From an uncultured virus (IMG/VR IMGVR_UViG_2724679563_000003) (lineage: Duplodnaviria; Heunggongvirae; Uroviricota; Caudoviricetes): 64,000 nt of DNA. How positions within the stretch are numbered: position 1 is the stretch's first letter; each line of letters starts with the position of its first letter. Position numbers and translations under genes: made by a program. Where the stretch lies: positions 1 to 64,000 of the IMG/VR virus record IMGVR_UViG_2724679563_000003; one strand, written 5' to 3'. This document shows positions 20,689 through 31,257 of this stretch, piece by piece. The notes beneath the pieces are model-generated. The model saw nothing but the letters and a program-made list of their open reading frames with translations, was not told where the DNA came from and did not search any database.

Positions 20689-20708
20689 AAGAATAGTGGT
20701 GATAAGTT

Positions 20709-21119
20709 GTGAACACCTCATATGATGAAATTTTTGAAAGCTTTCTTTTAAACTGTGGTATAGATACAAGTGAATTACCAAAAGATCAAAATAAAATATA
20801 TTCAATAATTAATAATGCAGTTAATCATTATAATAATTTTATGGAAGAAGATTATTATATTACAACAAATAATGAAACAGAAACAATTGATAAAAGATTA
20901 GATGGTAGTTGTTTGCTAATATTAGCACATTGTATTAAATACACACATTTAGAAAATCAATTAATTGAATTTGAAGAAATATGGTCTCCATTTCAGAAAG
21001 AAATAGGATTTAAGAATTATAAAGATCAAATTGCTTCTAGGGAAAAAACTTTAGAAAGAACTAAAAATAAAATAATTGAGTTAATTAGTAACATTGAAGA
21101 TAGAAACTTAATGGACTAG
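20709..21119 (+). CDS. Putative head-tail adaptor
   Basis: 136 aa, T.YDEIFE.F N-terminus, neck position. Confidence 0.55.
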   Translation: MNTSYDEIFESFLLNCGIDTSELPKDQNKIYSIINNAVNHYNNFMEEDYYITTNNETETIDKRLDGSCLLILAHCIKYTHLENQLIEFEEIWSPFQKEIGFKNYKDQIASREKTLERTKNKIIELISNIEDRNLMD

Positions 21120-21136
21120 TAAGGGAGGGATTTATT

Positions 21137-22360
21137 TTGAAAGATTATAGCAATTTCAATCCTAACCCTATTAATAAGCTTATATGGAGTTCACAAAAGG
21201 TATTTAATAATCAATTAAAATTTGAAGGACAGGAAATTAAAATTGAAAATAAATTAATTAAAGCAATTATAAGAAATCATGGTAATCCTACCAATGAATT
21301 TAAGGAAGAAAGATTCTTAATTACAGGAAAAGAAATAGATATTCAAAGAGGAGATATTATTGAATATCTTAATGAAATTTATTTAGTTATTACAGATGTA
21401 GATAGAGATAATCAAATTTATAATACATGTAAGCTAAAAAAATGCAATAATGTTTTAACATTTCAATATGAAAAGGATATTCATAAGATACCATGTGTTT
21501 TATCTAATGCAACATTATATTCAGATGGTTTGGAAGAAAAACAAATGATATTAAGTAATGACCAAAGGAATGTATTGATACCATATAATAAACTTACAAA
21601 TAAAATACAATTACAACAAAGATTTGTTTTTAATCATAATAGTGTTTTTTCAGTTTCTTTGATAGATGATTTTACTTTTAAACAAATAGGTAGTAATAAT
21701 GGGTTATTACAACTTAATATGGTTAGAGAACAAAAACAAACTAATCTTGATGATTTTGAAAATAATTTAGCAGATAACTCTCATCTTAAAAAAGAAGAAC
21801 CTATAATATTACAAATAGATAATAAAACAATTCAGCTAGAAATTAATAAAACTTATCAATTAAATCCTAAATTATTTCAAGGAGGTAAAGAAGTAAATTC
21901 ACAAGAACAATTAAATAAAATTTCTTATATAGTTGATGATGATTCAATTATAAAAGTAGAAAATGGATTAATAATAAGCCTACAAAAAGGTGATACAAAT
22001 ATACAGGTTTGCTATGGTGAATATGTTATTAGTGTTCCAATACAAATTACAGATACAAGTGTTCATAGCGGTACTTGTAATATTGTTGGAGATACCTTTA
22101 TGAAAATTGGAAAATTATCTAAGTGGATAGTGGAATTATATGATTCTCAAGGCAATAAAATTGATGGAAATGTTGAATGGGATATTGTAGGAGATAATGT
22201 AGATGAGTTAATTAAAATTAGAGAAAAGACATCTAATAGTATAGTTTTATTAGCTCATAAAAAACAAGAAAACATAGGTAAGAAATTTATTATTAAGTGT
22301 AAAACTCTTGATGGATTAAGTTTTGACCAACAAGAAATAATTTTAAAAAGTTTAATATAA
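21137..22360 (+). CDS. Putative head closure / neck protein with Ig-like C-terminal domains
   Basis: RGDIIEY...YLV...CN..L.F N-terminal domain and beta-rich Ig-like repeats. Confidence 0.55.
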   Translation: MKDYSNFNPNPINKLIWSSQKVFNNQLKFEGQEIKIENKLIKAIIRNHGNPTNEFKEERFLITGKEIDIQRGDIIEYLNEIYLVITDVDRDNQIYNTCKLKKCNNVLTFQYEKDIHKIPCVLSNATLYSDGLEEKQMILSNDQRNVLIPYNKLTNKIQLQQRFVFNHNSVFSVSLIDDFTFKQIGSNNGLLQLNMVREQKQTNLDDFENNLADNSHLKKEEPIILQIDNKTIQLEINKTYQLNPKLFQGGKEVNSQEQLNKISYIVDDDSIIKVENGLIISLQKGDTNIQVCYGEYVISVPIQITDTSVHSGTCNIVGDTFMKIGKLSKWIVELYDSQGNKIDGNVEWDIVGDNVDELIKIREKTSNSIVLLAHKKQENIGKKFIIKCKTLDGLSFDQQEIILKSLI

Positions 22361-22462
22361 ATAATATTATAAAGTATGACTTTTATTTAGATTCCAATCA
22401 TTGAAAATAGCTATTTTAAACCATTTTCACTTACAAAATTAAAAAAGAAAGAAGGAATAAAC

Positions 22463-22981
22463 ATGTCAGTAGTATTAAAAGATAAAGGCGAATTAGAATT
22501 TGATAATTTTGATAAGATTACTTATACAAATGTAGCAGTAATTAGAACAAAAAAGCTTGATGAAAATATGAAACTTAACACTTCGTTGGTAGATGGTCTT
22601 ATAATTGTAATGAAAGATGGAGTACAGGTTGGTGAAATTGAAGACGGTGCTATAGATGATGCTAAAAGTATAGGTAAATTTTGTTGTGGTAGTGATGGAA
22701 TGTTGAAATTAATAGTTGATAAAACATCTGTTGATTCTATAGATAAGGCAAAAACAGAATTAGCTAACCATCAAGCAATAGTACAATTAAAAGATGATTT
22801 AGAATATGAAAATGATTTATTTGATGTGACTATGATTGATAGAGGTACTAATAAGAAATTATTTAACACTATATTACTAAATGGTGAAAAGATGTTAGGA
22901 TATGTAAGAAATAATATAGAAACTATAGATTTACAAACTACCAATCCTATAAGATTTATACTTGACCCTAAATTAAAATAA
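22463..22981 (+). CDS. Hypothetical virion-region protein
   Basis: 172-aa ORF with RBS. Confidence 0.65.
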   Translation: MSVVLKDKGELEFDNFDKITYTNVAVIRTKKLDENMKLNTSLVDGLIIVMKDGVQVGEIEDGAIDDAKSIGKFCCGSDGMLKLIVDKTSVDSIDKAKTELANHQAIVQLKDDLEYENDLFDVTMIDRGTNKKLFNTILLNGEKMLGYVRNNIETIDLQTTNPIRFILDPKLK

Positions 22982-23003
22982 TTTAATAAAGTAGCTGATA
23001 ACA

Positions 23004-23543
23004 ATGAGTAAGTATACAGGAAATAATAATCTGAATGATATTTTCTATGAAATAGTCACAATTTTGTTAGCTGATGAACCTGATGAAGCTATAGATTTAA
23101 AGAAGCTTTTATATTACCAAAATGAAAAAGATAAAGAGGGTAATTTGATTTATGTTAATCCTTATGCAAAAGATATAGTTTATGAAGATTTATGTAATCA
23201 AAACATTTATCAAACTGATTATATTTTTGATATTCAAAAAGAAACTAGGAATATAATAAATGTTCATTTTGCAGGCTTAGGATTTGATAGTTATAACGAC
23301 TATGTTGAAGTTGACTATTTTATGATAGATATATATGTGCATAAGGATATGGAAGCTATAGAGGTAGATGGTAAAAGAATAGCTAGAAGTGTAGAAATTT
23401 TAAATAAAGTTAGAAAATTACTAGATGGTAAGAAGATGCAAAAAGGTGTAACATGTTTAAAATTGCGAGGGGTTAGTGGTGGGAAAATCCAAGATACCTA
23501 CATAAAACTTACTTGTGATTTTAAAATAAAAAATATTAGGTAG
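23004..23543 (+). CDS. Putative tail terminator / completion protein
   Basis: LKKLLYY...P...IDIYVH...R...I pattern. Position before the tail genes. Confidence 0.5.
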   Translation: MSKYTGNNNLNDIFYEIVTILLADEPDEAIDLKKLLYYQNEKDKEGNLIYVNPYAKDIVYEDLCNQNIYQTDYIFDIQKETRNIINVHFAGLGFDSYNDYVEVDYFMIDIYVHKDMEAIEVDGKRIARSVEILNKVRKLLDGKKMQKGVTCLKLRGVSGGKIQDTYIKLTCDFKIKNIR

Positions 23544-23555
23544 AGTTGATTAATT

Positions 23556-24332
23556 ATGAATGAAAGAATTGATTTAACAAATATAAGAGGTAAACCTAAA
23601 GTATATAAAGGAATAGAAATTTATCCTGTACAAATAAAAGACTGTGAAGAGTTTTATAAGAATTTATATGTATTACAATTTGATAAAAATAGCATACCAG
23701 ATATACAAATTGTAAGAATGTCTTATTTAACTTTTTTATATAGTCTTCAATTAATGCAGGATGAGAAAGGAAAATTTCTTTTTGAAACATTAATAATAGA
23801 TTTAATATCTTTATTAGAATTGGTTCTGCATAAAAAGGCAGAAGAAGACTTCTATTTAAATGTCGATGAAAAAGGTTTGCATCTAATTTTTAAAACTAAA
23901 GATGGAGAATTAGAGTTTAAAAGCAACGACTTTGAAAAGTTAAAGAAAATAATATTTAAACAAAACGTAATACCTTACGATGATGAAATTCTAAATCCTG
24001 AATTAAAAAAAGCCATTCAAGAAGCAAGGGAATTTATGTATAACAAGACCAAAGATAAATTACCAACATTTGAAGAACAAATTTGTTGTTATCATTGTGC
24101 TTTAGGATTGACTTATAAAGATATTGATGAATTAACAATATATCAATTCACAAAAGGATTAGAGAGAAGGGAATTAATAATTTCGTATCAAGTATATGGT
24201 ACTGCTATAGCTACTGGTATGGCTAGTGGAGAAATTCCAAATTGGTCATCACATATACCAGAAAGAGGATTGTATGATGATGTAACAATTGATGGAAATG
24301 AATTAGAAAAAATTGCTTCACAAGTGAAGTGA
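23556..24332 (+). CDS. Hypothetical tail-assembly protein
   Basis: 258 aa with I.KQN...NPEL and LTIYQF motifs. Position in the tail region. Confidence 0.5.
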   Translation: MNERIDLTNIRGKPKVYKGIEIYPVQIKDCEEFYKNLYVLQFDKNSIPDIQIVRMSYLTFLYSLQLMQDEKGKFLFETLIIDLISLLELVLHKKAEEDFYLNVDEKGLHLIFKTKDGELEFKSNDFEKLKKIIFKQNVIPYDDEILNPELKKAIQEAREFMYNKTKDKLPTFEEQICCYHCALGLTYKDIDELTIYQFTKGLERRELIISYQVYGTAIATGMASGEIPNWSSHIPERGLYDDVTIDGNELEKIASQVK

Positions 24333-24373
24333 TTCATACAAAATAATTTGAAAATAAAAGGAGGAAAATAAGT

Positions 24374-25375
24374 ATGGAAAATAATAAGGAATTTGCTGTA
24401 TCCGTTGCTGATGCCATTATAAGAGATATTAAAACAAAGCAAATAGTTATGATTGGTAAAGCATTAATAGATACAGGTTTAAAACAAGCTGTACAAAACA
24501 AAGAAGTTAGAGGTGGATTCGGTAATGCATTACAATACGAATTCTCATACAATAAAGTTGTATCTTGTGAAATAAGTTCAGCTAACTTTAAAGAAGAATA
24601 CATAGCTATGAACAATGGTGTTCCTATAGTTAACCAAATGGCTGAATATTGGAATTATAGTGAAGAACATAAAGTAAAATCTAAAAAAGTGACATTAGAT
24701 GAAGTTCCAGTTGCAGGAACTAATGTTTATGTTGAATTACCAAATAAAACTATAGAAACTGTAGTTCCTGTAGGTAAGACTATTACATTAACAACACCTG
24801 TTGAAGATGATACTAAGATATTATGTACTTATAGAGTTAAGAATGTAATAGATACTATAACTATTGATACAAAACATTATCCAGTAGCTTATGAATTAAC
24901 TTTAATAGCTAAGGTATTTGATGCTGGTGGACAAACTAAAGAAATGCAAATAGAAATACCAGAATGGAAAGTTGAAGGTAATTTTGACCTTAATTTAAAA
25001 GCAGATGATGTTACTGTACCTAAAATATCTGGTAAAGCATTAGATCATAATGGAGACTATGCAATAGTTAAGATGAAGAGAGTTGATGGTAAAGAAATTC
25101 CAATTCAACAAATAGCTGTAACTGAACCAGAGATAGAAATAGGAAAAGGCGAACAATACATCCCTCAAGTAATAGGTATAAGAGGTGGAGTGTATGGTAA
25201 TGTACAAGTGCCTTTAGATAGACTTGATATAAAATCAAGCGATGCTGCAAAAATTAAAGTTACTTCAGATAATGTATTAGAAGGAGTAGCAGCAGGAGCA
25301 TCAAAAATAACTGTTTCATTAAAAGATGACCCTTCTAAGAAAGACATAATTGAAGCAGAATGCACAATAATATAA
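24374..25375 (+). CDS. Major tail (tube) protein with C-terminal Ig-like domain
   Basis: EVRGGFGN, QIEIP...GNF.L, and a C-terminal SSD...V...GVAAG.S.ITV Big_2-like domain. Strong RBS. Confidence 0.75.
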   Translation: MENNKEFAVSVADAIIRDIKTKQIVMIGKALIDTGLKQAVQNKEVRGGFGNALQYEFSYNKVVSCEISSANFKEEYIAMNNGVPIVNQMAEYWNYSEEHKVKSKKVTLDEVPVAGTNVYVELPNKTIETVVPVGKTITLTTPVEDDTKILCTYRVKNVIDTITIDTKHYPVAYELTLIAKVFDAGGQTKEMQIEIPEWKVEGNFDLNLKADDVTVPKISGKALDHNGDYAIVKMKRVDGKEIPIQQIAVTEPEIEIGKGEQYIPQVIGIRGGVYGNVQVPLDRLDIKSSDAAKIKVTSDNVLEGVAAGASKITVSLKDDPSKKDIIEAECTII

Positions 25376-25420
25376 AATAATTTAAAAATATTTGATTAAT
25401 ATAAGGTGATTTGATATAAT

Positions 25421-25461
25421 AAAATATAAGGGATGAGATATTTTTCTCTCCCTTATATTTT
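25421..25461. terminator. Terminator-like hairpin between the tail tube and endonuclease genes
   Basis: Imperfect inverted repeat aaatataaggga.gaga / tctc.tcccttatattt. Confidence 0.55.
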
Positions 25462-25525
25462 AGAGTGTTTTTTAAATATAAAATATTGTAAAATATGAAA
25501 AAAGGATATTAAAAGGAGTACATAC

Positions 25526-27310
25526 ATGAATAAAATAGATTTTAAAGATTGTCCTTTAGAAAAGCAAAAAGAAATTAAATCAAAGATTGAAAAATATTTG
25601 GAAAAGTATAAAACATTGAATAATTTAAAAGGTAACGAAGATGGTAGGAAATTATATTATTTAATATATTCTAATAAAATATTTGTAGAAGATGTGTTAG
25701 AAGATATGGGATTTAATTATACTGAAATGACAAATATTTTGCCAATAGGTTCACGATATTATTATGATAATTTTGAAAATATAAGAAAAAGATTAGAGTG
25801 GTTTGTAGATAAATATAATCACTTTCCTACAAAAAAACAAATGGCTTCCACATTAGGAATATCACAGACACAAATAGATAAATATGGTGGAATTAATAGT
25901 TTAAAAGAAAAAATAAATTATTTTGATAAAAAAGATTTAATTGATAACAGAGGAGACTATAATAAAAGTATTATGGAATTAATGTTAGCAAACTGGTTTA
26001 TTGAAATGAATTTAGGAAAAAGGTATGAAAGAGAAACAAAGCTTTTCAAAGAATATAATTATAGAGACGATTTTACATTTAAAACTGAGAAATTTGATTT
26101 ATTTGTTGAGGTATGGGCTTATGGAGAAGGTAATAAAAATTTAAATAGTAAATTTTGTATGCAATATTTAAAAGCAAGAAAAATAAAAGAATCTCTTTAT
26201 AAAAAATATAATATGAAACTGATTTCTGTAGAGCCTGAAGTTTATAACGGTTCTTATGAGGAAATTCAAAAAGGATTCTATAATATTTTTAAAGATTATT
26301 TTAAGTTAGATTTCAAAATAATTAAATATGAAAAATTAATAAGTCCTGTAAAAATGACTGATGATGAGATATTAGAAGAAGTTTTAAAATATAAAGAAGG
26401 AGATAGACTTCCTGCCACACATGACATTCCATGTAGTTTATATATGGAAATTTTAAAACGATTTAAAACCTATAGAAAATTTTCTGAAAAATATAATATT
26501 AAAACAAAACAAGATATTACAGATTGGAACATAGAAATAATCTTTAAATATTTTGATAAACTTATAGTTATGAATAAAACAATAGAAACTAAAAATTTAT
26601 TAAAATTGAAAGTAGGTTTGCCTAGTGCAATACAAAAATTTGGAAGTTTAATTCATTTGAAACTTTTATATTTCTTAGATAATAAAGATAAAAATTTTCC
26701 TAAAGGGGAAATAGAATGGTTGATTAAAATTGCAAATGGAAAAAGTATTAATTCATGTAAAACCACTGATATAGATAAAAAACAAGCAAAAGCAATATTA
26801 GATTATAAATTCCCAAACTATAATAAAATTATATCTTGTAAAGTTTGCAGAAAAAATTTTAATATAGAACACATATATAATATTTATTGCAATGATTGCA
26901 AAAACCAAATTTCAAATAATGTTATTTCGAGAGATGTGTTATATAGTAAAAAATATATGTTAAAAGAACAGGACTATATAGATAATTTTAAAAATATAGA
27001 AAAATATATAAGACAAGATAGTAGATATTTAACTAAGAAACAATTTAATAAAATATCAAAAATAAAAACAAAAGCTTATGTGGGATTTTATAATAAAACA
27101 TGGGTAGAAATAATGACTATGTATGGATATTATAATAAATTATATGATTATATAAAAGAAGAATTGGTTCAATATTTAAAACAAACTAATAATTATAATT
27201 TGCATAATTTTGGATTATCTCATAAATATATAACTTATGAATTAATTAAAGAATTTAATAAAGAAAAAATCAAAGAGGAGGCGATTAGTATTGTGAATAG
27301 AAGTGCTTAA
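25526..27310 (+). CDS. Putative free-standing endonuclease (PD-(D/E)XK / Vsr-like) with repeated helical DNA-binding modules
   Basis: S.ME...ANW....YERE...YRDDF...FVEVW motif, repeated FPT/LPA...(F/Y)GG modules and CKVC..CNDC. Interrupts the tail operon and is flanked by hairpins. Confidence 0.55.
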   Translation: MNKIDFKDCPLEKQKEIKSKIEKYLEKYKTLNNLKGNEDGRKLYYLIYSNKIFVEDVLEDMGFNYTEMTNILPIGSRYYYDNFENIRKRLEWFVDKYNHFPTKKQMASTLGISQTQIDKYGGINSLKEKINYFDKKDLIDNRGDYNKSIMELMLANWFIEMNLGKRYERETKLFKEYNYRDDFTFKTEKFDLFVEVWAYGEGNKNLNSKFCMQYLKARKIKESLYKKYNMKLISVEPEVYNGSYEEIQKGFYNIFKDYFKLDFKIIKYEKLISPVKMTDDEILEEVLKYKEGDRLPATHDIPCSLYMEILKRFKTYRKFSEKYNIKTKQDITDWNIEIIFKYFDKLIVMNKTIETKNLLKLKVGLPSAIQKFGSLIHLKLLYFLDNKDKNFPKGEIEWLIKIANGKSINSCKTTDIDKKQAKAILDYKFPNYNKIISCKVCRKNFNIEHIYNIYCNDCKNQISNNVISRDVLYSKKYMLKEQDYIDNFKNIEKYIRQDSRYLTKKQFNKISKIKTKAYVGFYNKTWVEIMTMYGYYNKLYDYIKEELVQYLKQTNNYNLHNFGLSHKYITYELIKEFNKEKIKEEAISIVNRSA

Positions 27311-27340
27311 TTATTAATAATAAAATAATTTAATAATATG

Positions 27341-27377
27341 AAGGAGTATAGAGATAAATCTATACTCCTTATTTTTT
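27341..27377 (+). terminator. Intrinsic terminator
   Basis: 12-bp stem aaggagtataga/tctatactcctt followed by atttttt. Confidence 0.7.
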
Positions 27378-27393
27378 AAGGAGTGATTTTTAA

Positions 27394-28041
27394 GTGATAA
27401 ATTTTAATGATTTAAAACAACCAAGGATAAAGAAAACCTTAGAGTTCCAAGGTGAAAAAATAAATATATTGAATCCAACTAAAGAAATAAAAGAAGAAAT
27501 AATGAAAATAGCTGGTCAATATTCTAAAATAGAAAATAATACAGTTAAAATAGATTCAAAATATGAAGATAACCCTCAATTTGCCCAAAATTTATTTAAA
27601 TCTTTAGTTGAAGGAATAGAGTTTTCTGATAATATAGAAGAATTTAAAGAAGTAATAGATAATCCCTCCCCTATAGTAATCGAAATTCAAGAAGAAATAA
27701 ATATGATAGTTAGAACCATTGGAATAGAAAGAGCAAAAGCAATTAGCAATGAAGTAAAGGCGACAAAAGATTTAATAGTTGTTAATGATATAATGGAAGA
27801 AATGGATGAATTTTCAAAGAAAAATAAGGATTTTCAAATACCTGAAATAGTTATTGAAAACAAAAAAGATATAACACCTAAGCCAAAAGCTAAAAGAAAA
27901 CCAACTAAAAAAAAGACTAAAAAAGAAGAAAAAGTAGTTGATATAAAAACAGTTAAAAAAGAGAATAAAGAAAGTAAAGCTGATAACAAAGAAATAAAAA
28001 TTGAAGAAACCACAGAGGATAAGGAAAATGGACTTCAATAG
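27394..28041 (+). CDS. Putative tail assembly chaperone
   Basis: Downstream of the tail tube gene. Lys/Glu-rich disordered C-terminus. Confidence 0.5.
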   Translation: MINFNDLKQPRIKKTLEFQGEKINILNPTKEIKEEIMKIAGQYSKIENNTVKIDSKYEDNPQFAQNLFKSLVEGIEFSDNIEEFKEVIDNPSPIVIEIQEEINMIVRTIGIERAKAISNEVKATKDLIVVNDIMEEMDEFSKKNKDFQIPEIVIENKKDITPKPKAKRKPTKKKTKKEEKVVDIKTVKKENKESKADNKEIKIEETTEDKENGLQ

Positions 28042-28516
28042 TTTAAGAGATTTATATAAGTATGCAGAAAAAGCACATGAAGAAGTTGCTACAAATGAAA
28101 CTCAAGAAGGGATTAAAGAAGTAGCAAGTGATGTTGTAGATGAAGAAGTTTATAGTAAATATGATAATAAAGATAGAAGAGGAAAGCATGGTGGTGGATT
28201 AGGAGATATTAAAAATATGGTAGTACATCCTCCTAAAAAAATAGGAAATACTATAGAAGTGAAAATTACAAATGAAACTCCTTTAGACCCACCTGATGAT
28301 GGGATACCAAGGAATTATAGATTGGATGAAGCTATTGAATATGGTGGCGATTATTATGAATATCCTAAAAGTAAAAAAAATAGAGATGAAGGAACTTATA
28401 CATATCTGAAACCTAGACCATTTAACAGAAAAACAGAGGAAAGATTAAATGTAACAAGAGAACATGAAAAAGCGTATAAAAACGCTATGAAAGCTAAGGG
28501 GATAGATATTAAATAA
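28028..28516 (+). CDS. Putative tail completion protein (HK97 gp10-like)
   Basis: VY..Y...R...GGL.D..N...IEYG...PRPF...T pattern. ATG 28028 with RBS. Confidence 0.55.
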   Translation: MDFNSLRDLYKYAEKAHEEVATNETQEGIKEVASDVVDEEVYSKYDNKDRRGKHGGGLGDIKNMVVHPPKKIGNTIEVKITNETPLDPPDDGIPRNYRLDEAIEYGGDYYEYPKSKKNRDEGTYTYLKPRPFNRKTEERLNVTREHEKAYKNAMKAKGIDIK

Positions 28517-28606
28517 ATTTCCCCTATTTTTCTTTAAGTATATAGATGTTTTAAAATATCAATTTTATTAAAATTTAATTACAATGTATTTGTATGTTTA
28601 AAGAAA

Positions 28607-28917
28607 AATATTCATTATACTAATATTCGTTAAATTTTTCAATAAGATATTGTACCTTAATATATAATTTATAACTTTCAATACCTATTTTGTCAGTATT
28701 TTTGATACGATTTATTAGTTAATATATACCAATATATGGTAAAATATATTTGATGCAACCACTATAGTTTATCAAATATATTTTCGAAAATAAATATAAA
28801 TCGTTCGACAAAATGTTGAATTTTGGTATATGGAGTGATAAAATGAATATAAGGAAATGGACAGGCTATAAAAAAGTGTACAAGCTTAAAGTAAAAAATA
28901 AGGGGGAAGAGATTATG
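28607..28917 (+). repeat. Diverged ~300-bp duplicate (copy 1) of the region upstream of the two TA pairs; copy 2 at about 32545-32870
   Basis: Shared blocks such as ttgtac.ttaatatataatt.ataactt, tataccaat.tatggtaa.atata, atggacaggct and aaaaataagggggaag. Confidence 0.7.
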
Positions 28918-29061
28918 GAAAATGTAGTAGAAAGATATTGTACTGTTTCTGAATCTCTTGAGGAAAGTTTAAAACAAATGAAAGCCATCCGAAGTGGGAA
29001 AATGAAAAAAAAGACATGGAAAGAATTTAAACAAGAACTTCAAGAAGAAGATAGCAATTAA
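28843..29061 (+). CDS. Putative type II antitoxin, partner of the RelE-like toxin
   Basis: Small protein directly upstream of the toxin: CTVSESLEESLKQM...GK..KKTWKEF. Alternative start at 28915. Confidence 0.65.
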   Translation: MNIRKWTGYKKVYKLKVKNKGEEIMENVVERYCTVSESLEESLKQMKAIRSGKMKKKTWKEFKQELQEEDSN

Positions 29062-29087
29062 AAGTACAGTAAGTAGAGGTTGATTAT

Positions 29088-29450
29088 ATGAATTACGAAA
29101 TATATCTTACACCTAAATTTGAAGAAGATATAAAATTTTATAAGAAAAAGAGAAAGTTTTGTAAAATTGAAAAAGATATAGATGTTGTTATAGAAGAAAT
29201 CGAAAAAGGGAATTTAGTTGGAGATGCTATTGATGATATACATCTACCAGAGGGAGAAGATACTTATAAAGCAAGAGCAAGTAATACAGATACTAAAGTG
29301 GGAAAGGCAAATGGATATAGAATAATATACTATGTCATAAAGGATGAAAAAACAATTTTTCTGTTAACTATTTATTATAAAAAAGATGATAATAGAATAT
29401 TAAATAAGAAAGAAATTATAGATTTAATTAATAAATGTTATGATGATTAA
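29088..29450 (+). CDS. RelE/ParE (HigB-like) toxin
   Basis: TPKF..DIK...YKAR...GK..GYRIIYY....IFLLTIY.K.D. Confidence 0.85.
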   Translation: MNYEIYLTPKFEEDIKFYKKKRKFCKIEKDIDVVIEEIEKGNLVGDAIDDIHLPEGEDTYKARASNTDTKVGKANGYRIIYYVIKDEKTIFLLTIYYKKDDNRILNKKEIIDLINKCYDD

Positions 29451-29484
29451 ACTCTTAACAAATAAAAGTTAGGAGTTTTTATTT
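29449..29484 (+). terminator. Intrinsic terminator
   Basis: aaactcttaac/gttaggagttt stem plus T-tract. Confidence 0.6.
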
Positions 29485-29622
29485 GTCTTTGCAAAATAAT
29501 ATTTGACAATTATAAAACATAAAGAACTTTTTCGAGGTTGGCAATATTATCAATTTGTTATAAAATATACATATATTAATAAAATTATATATGGAATTAT
29601 ATATATACTTGGAGGTATTACA

Positions 29623-29985
29623 ATGAAAAAGAAAAAGTTTTTTAAATTGGTCTTGCTATGTTTAAGTTTTATTTTATGTTTGGGATTGTTTGTTGGGTGT
29701 AGTGAATCAGAAGAGGATAAAGCTAGAGCTGAAAAATTTGGTGTTTATAAAAACACAACAGAAATGGTAGAAGATAAAATAAGAACTTCATCAACTGCAA
29801 AGTTTCAAGAATTTGATGAAAGTCTAGTTCAAGATTTAGGAGGAGGCAAATATCAAGTATCTGGATATGTTGATGCTGAAAATAGTTCTGGAGCTAATAT
29901 TCGTTGGAATTGGCATTGTACAGTTACAATCGAAGGAGAGGAAGGCAATAGAACGATAGAAAGTAATGATATAGTAATAAAATAA
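29623..29985 (+). CDS. Lipoprotein, possibly superinfection exclusion
   Basis: RBS ggagg, MKKKK plus hydrophobic stretch plus lipobox LFVGC, and a VSGYVDAEN.SGA.IR motif. Confidence 0.75.
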   Translation: MKKKKFFKLVLLCLSFILCLGLFVGCSESEEDKARAEKFGVYKNTTEMVEDKIRTSSTAKFQEFDESLVQDLGGGKYQVSGYVDAENSSGANIRWNWHCTVTIEGEEGNRTIESNDIVIK

Positions 29986-30091
29986 CTTTATATATATTAA
30001 ATTCAAACCTCTAATTTTTATATGTTAGAGGTTTTTATATAAAAATAATATTTGAAAACATATATGTTATAATAGTTTCAGATAAAACTAT

Positions 30092-30313
30092 ATGGAGGTT
30101 TTTAAGCATATGACTGTAAAAAACAATCTAAAAGAAATATTGAAAGATAGAGGAATCAAACAAGTATGGTTAGCAGAACAAGTGGGAATTAATTCAAAAA
30201 CTCTTAGTAATATTATAAATGGTAAGTACAATACAAGTTTAGAAGTTGCTTTAAAAATATCAGAAGTTTTAGAGACAAGTACAGATGATATTTTTAAATT
30301 AATAAAAGAGTGA
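30092..30313 (+). CDS. XRE family HTH transcriptional regulator
   Basis: LKEIL..RGIKQ.WLAEQVGI...TLSNI.NG...SLE.A.KI. The start is probably ATG 30109-region/MTVK after the ggagg RBS. Confidence 0.85.
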   Translation: MEVFKHMTVKNNLKEILKDRGIKQVWLAEQVGINSKTLSNIINGKYNTSLEVALKISEVLETSTDDIFKLIKE

Positions 30314-30434
30314 CGGAAAAATATATTAATAAAAGTATTGACACACAAGATAAAGGGTAGTATTATAATATTTGCAAGGTAAAAACAACCAATTAATCCA
30401 AGCCTTGCAAATATTATAATAGGGAGTTGTCGAT

Positions 30435-30803
30435 ATGTTAAATAAAACAAATGCTATTAATAATATAGAGTGGAAACAAGAAATAATCAATAATACTAAG
30501 AATTATCAAAAAGAAAACGAAGAAATAATTCAGAGGTTAGTTGAAAAACTAAAATCAATTAATCTATTGGGTACATACATAGAAAAAGAAAATATTGCAT
30601 TAGCTATGGAAAATTTCACAGTAGAGGAAAATGACTATAATATCTTCATAACAGGACAAGCTTGCATTAACGCAGATGACGGAGAAGATTATATGGATAA
30701 TTGTGTATTAGGAATTTCTAAATCAGGCTTGCTTAGTTGGAATGATGATTTGGGAGATATTGAATTGGAATATGTAGATAACATAATTGTGTTAGAAGTG
30801 TAA
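30435..30803 (+). CDS. Hypothetical protein
   Basis: 122 aa, RBS agggag. Upstream TTGACA at 30339 suggests a sigma-A promoter. Confidence 0.65.
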   Translation: MLNKTNAINNIEWKQEIINNTKNYQKENEEIIQRLVEKLKSINLLGTYIEKENIALAMENFTVEENDYNIFITGQACINADDGEDYMDNCVLGISKSGLLSWNDDLGDIELEYVDNIIVLEV

Positions 30804-30839
30804 TATTGTTAACAATAGTAATTGTAAAAGGATTATATT

Positions 30840-31055
30840 ATGGAACAAAAGGAAGGAGAAAGAGTTAGGATGATAACATTAAATGCTATAAGAGAGAAAA
30901 ATAAAAATGAACACTCCTTTTTAAATACAAAAATAACTAAGAACACTCTTTCTCAAGAAGAATATGCAGAAGGAAGAGAAGTATTTTTAAGATTCGTAAA
31001 ATTAATAAATGAAAAATCTTTATATGATTATTTTAAAGAATATGAAGATATATAA
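30840..31055 (+). CDS. Small hypothetical protein
   Basis: ORF. RBS aaggag at about 30853 suggests a start at 30870. Confidence 0.55.
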   Translation: MEQKEGERVRMITLNAIREKNKNEHSFLNTKITKNTLSQEEYAEGREVFLRFVKLINEKSLYDYFKEYEDI

Positions 31056-31071
31056 TAAAGGGGATAAGATC

Positions 31072-31233
31072 ATGACAAAAATTAATAGAAGTAATAATAT
31101 ATTTGAATTTACAGTATCCAAAGATGATTTCAATAGTATAGTTAAAAAGTTAGAAAAACCAGGACTAACTAAAGAATACTTAGATGAATGTAAAAGAGTT
31201 GCTAATTTATATAAAAAACCATCTAAAAAATAA
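31072..31233 (+). CDS. Small antitoxin-like protein (53 aa)
   Basis: RBS aagggg. MTKINR...FTVSKDDFNSIVKKLEKP... Confidence 0.5.
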   Translation: MTKINRSNNIFEFTVSKDDFNSIVKKLEKPGLTKEYLDECKRVANLYKKPSKK

Positions 31234-31257
31234 TTTCAAAAGTATAGGAGAAAAATT

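Noticed and set aside
27394..28516. Programmed frameshift joining the chaperone ORF to the next ORF
   Set aside because: The downstream ORF has its own RBS and ATG (28028) and looks like a separate tail completion protein. No convincing slippery site was identified.
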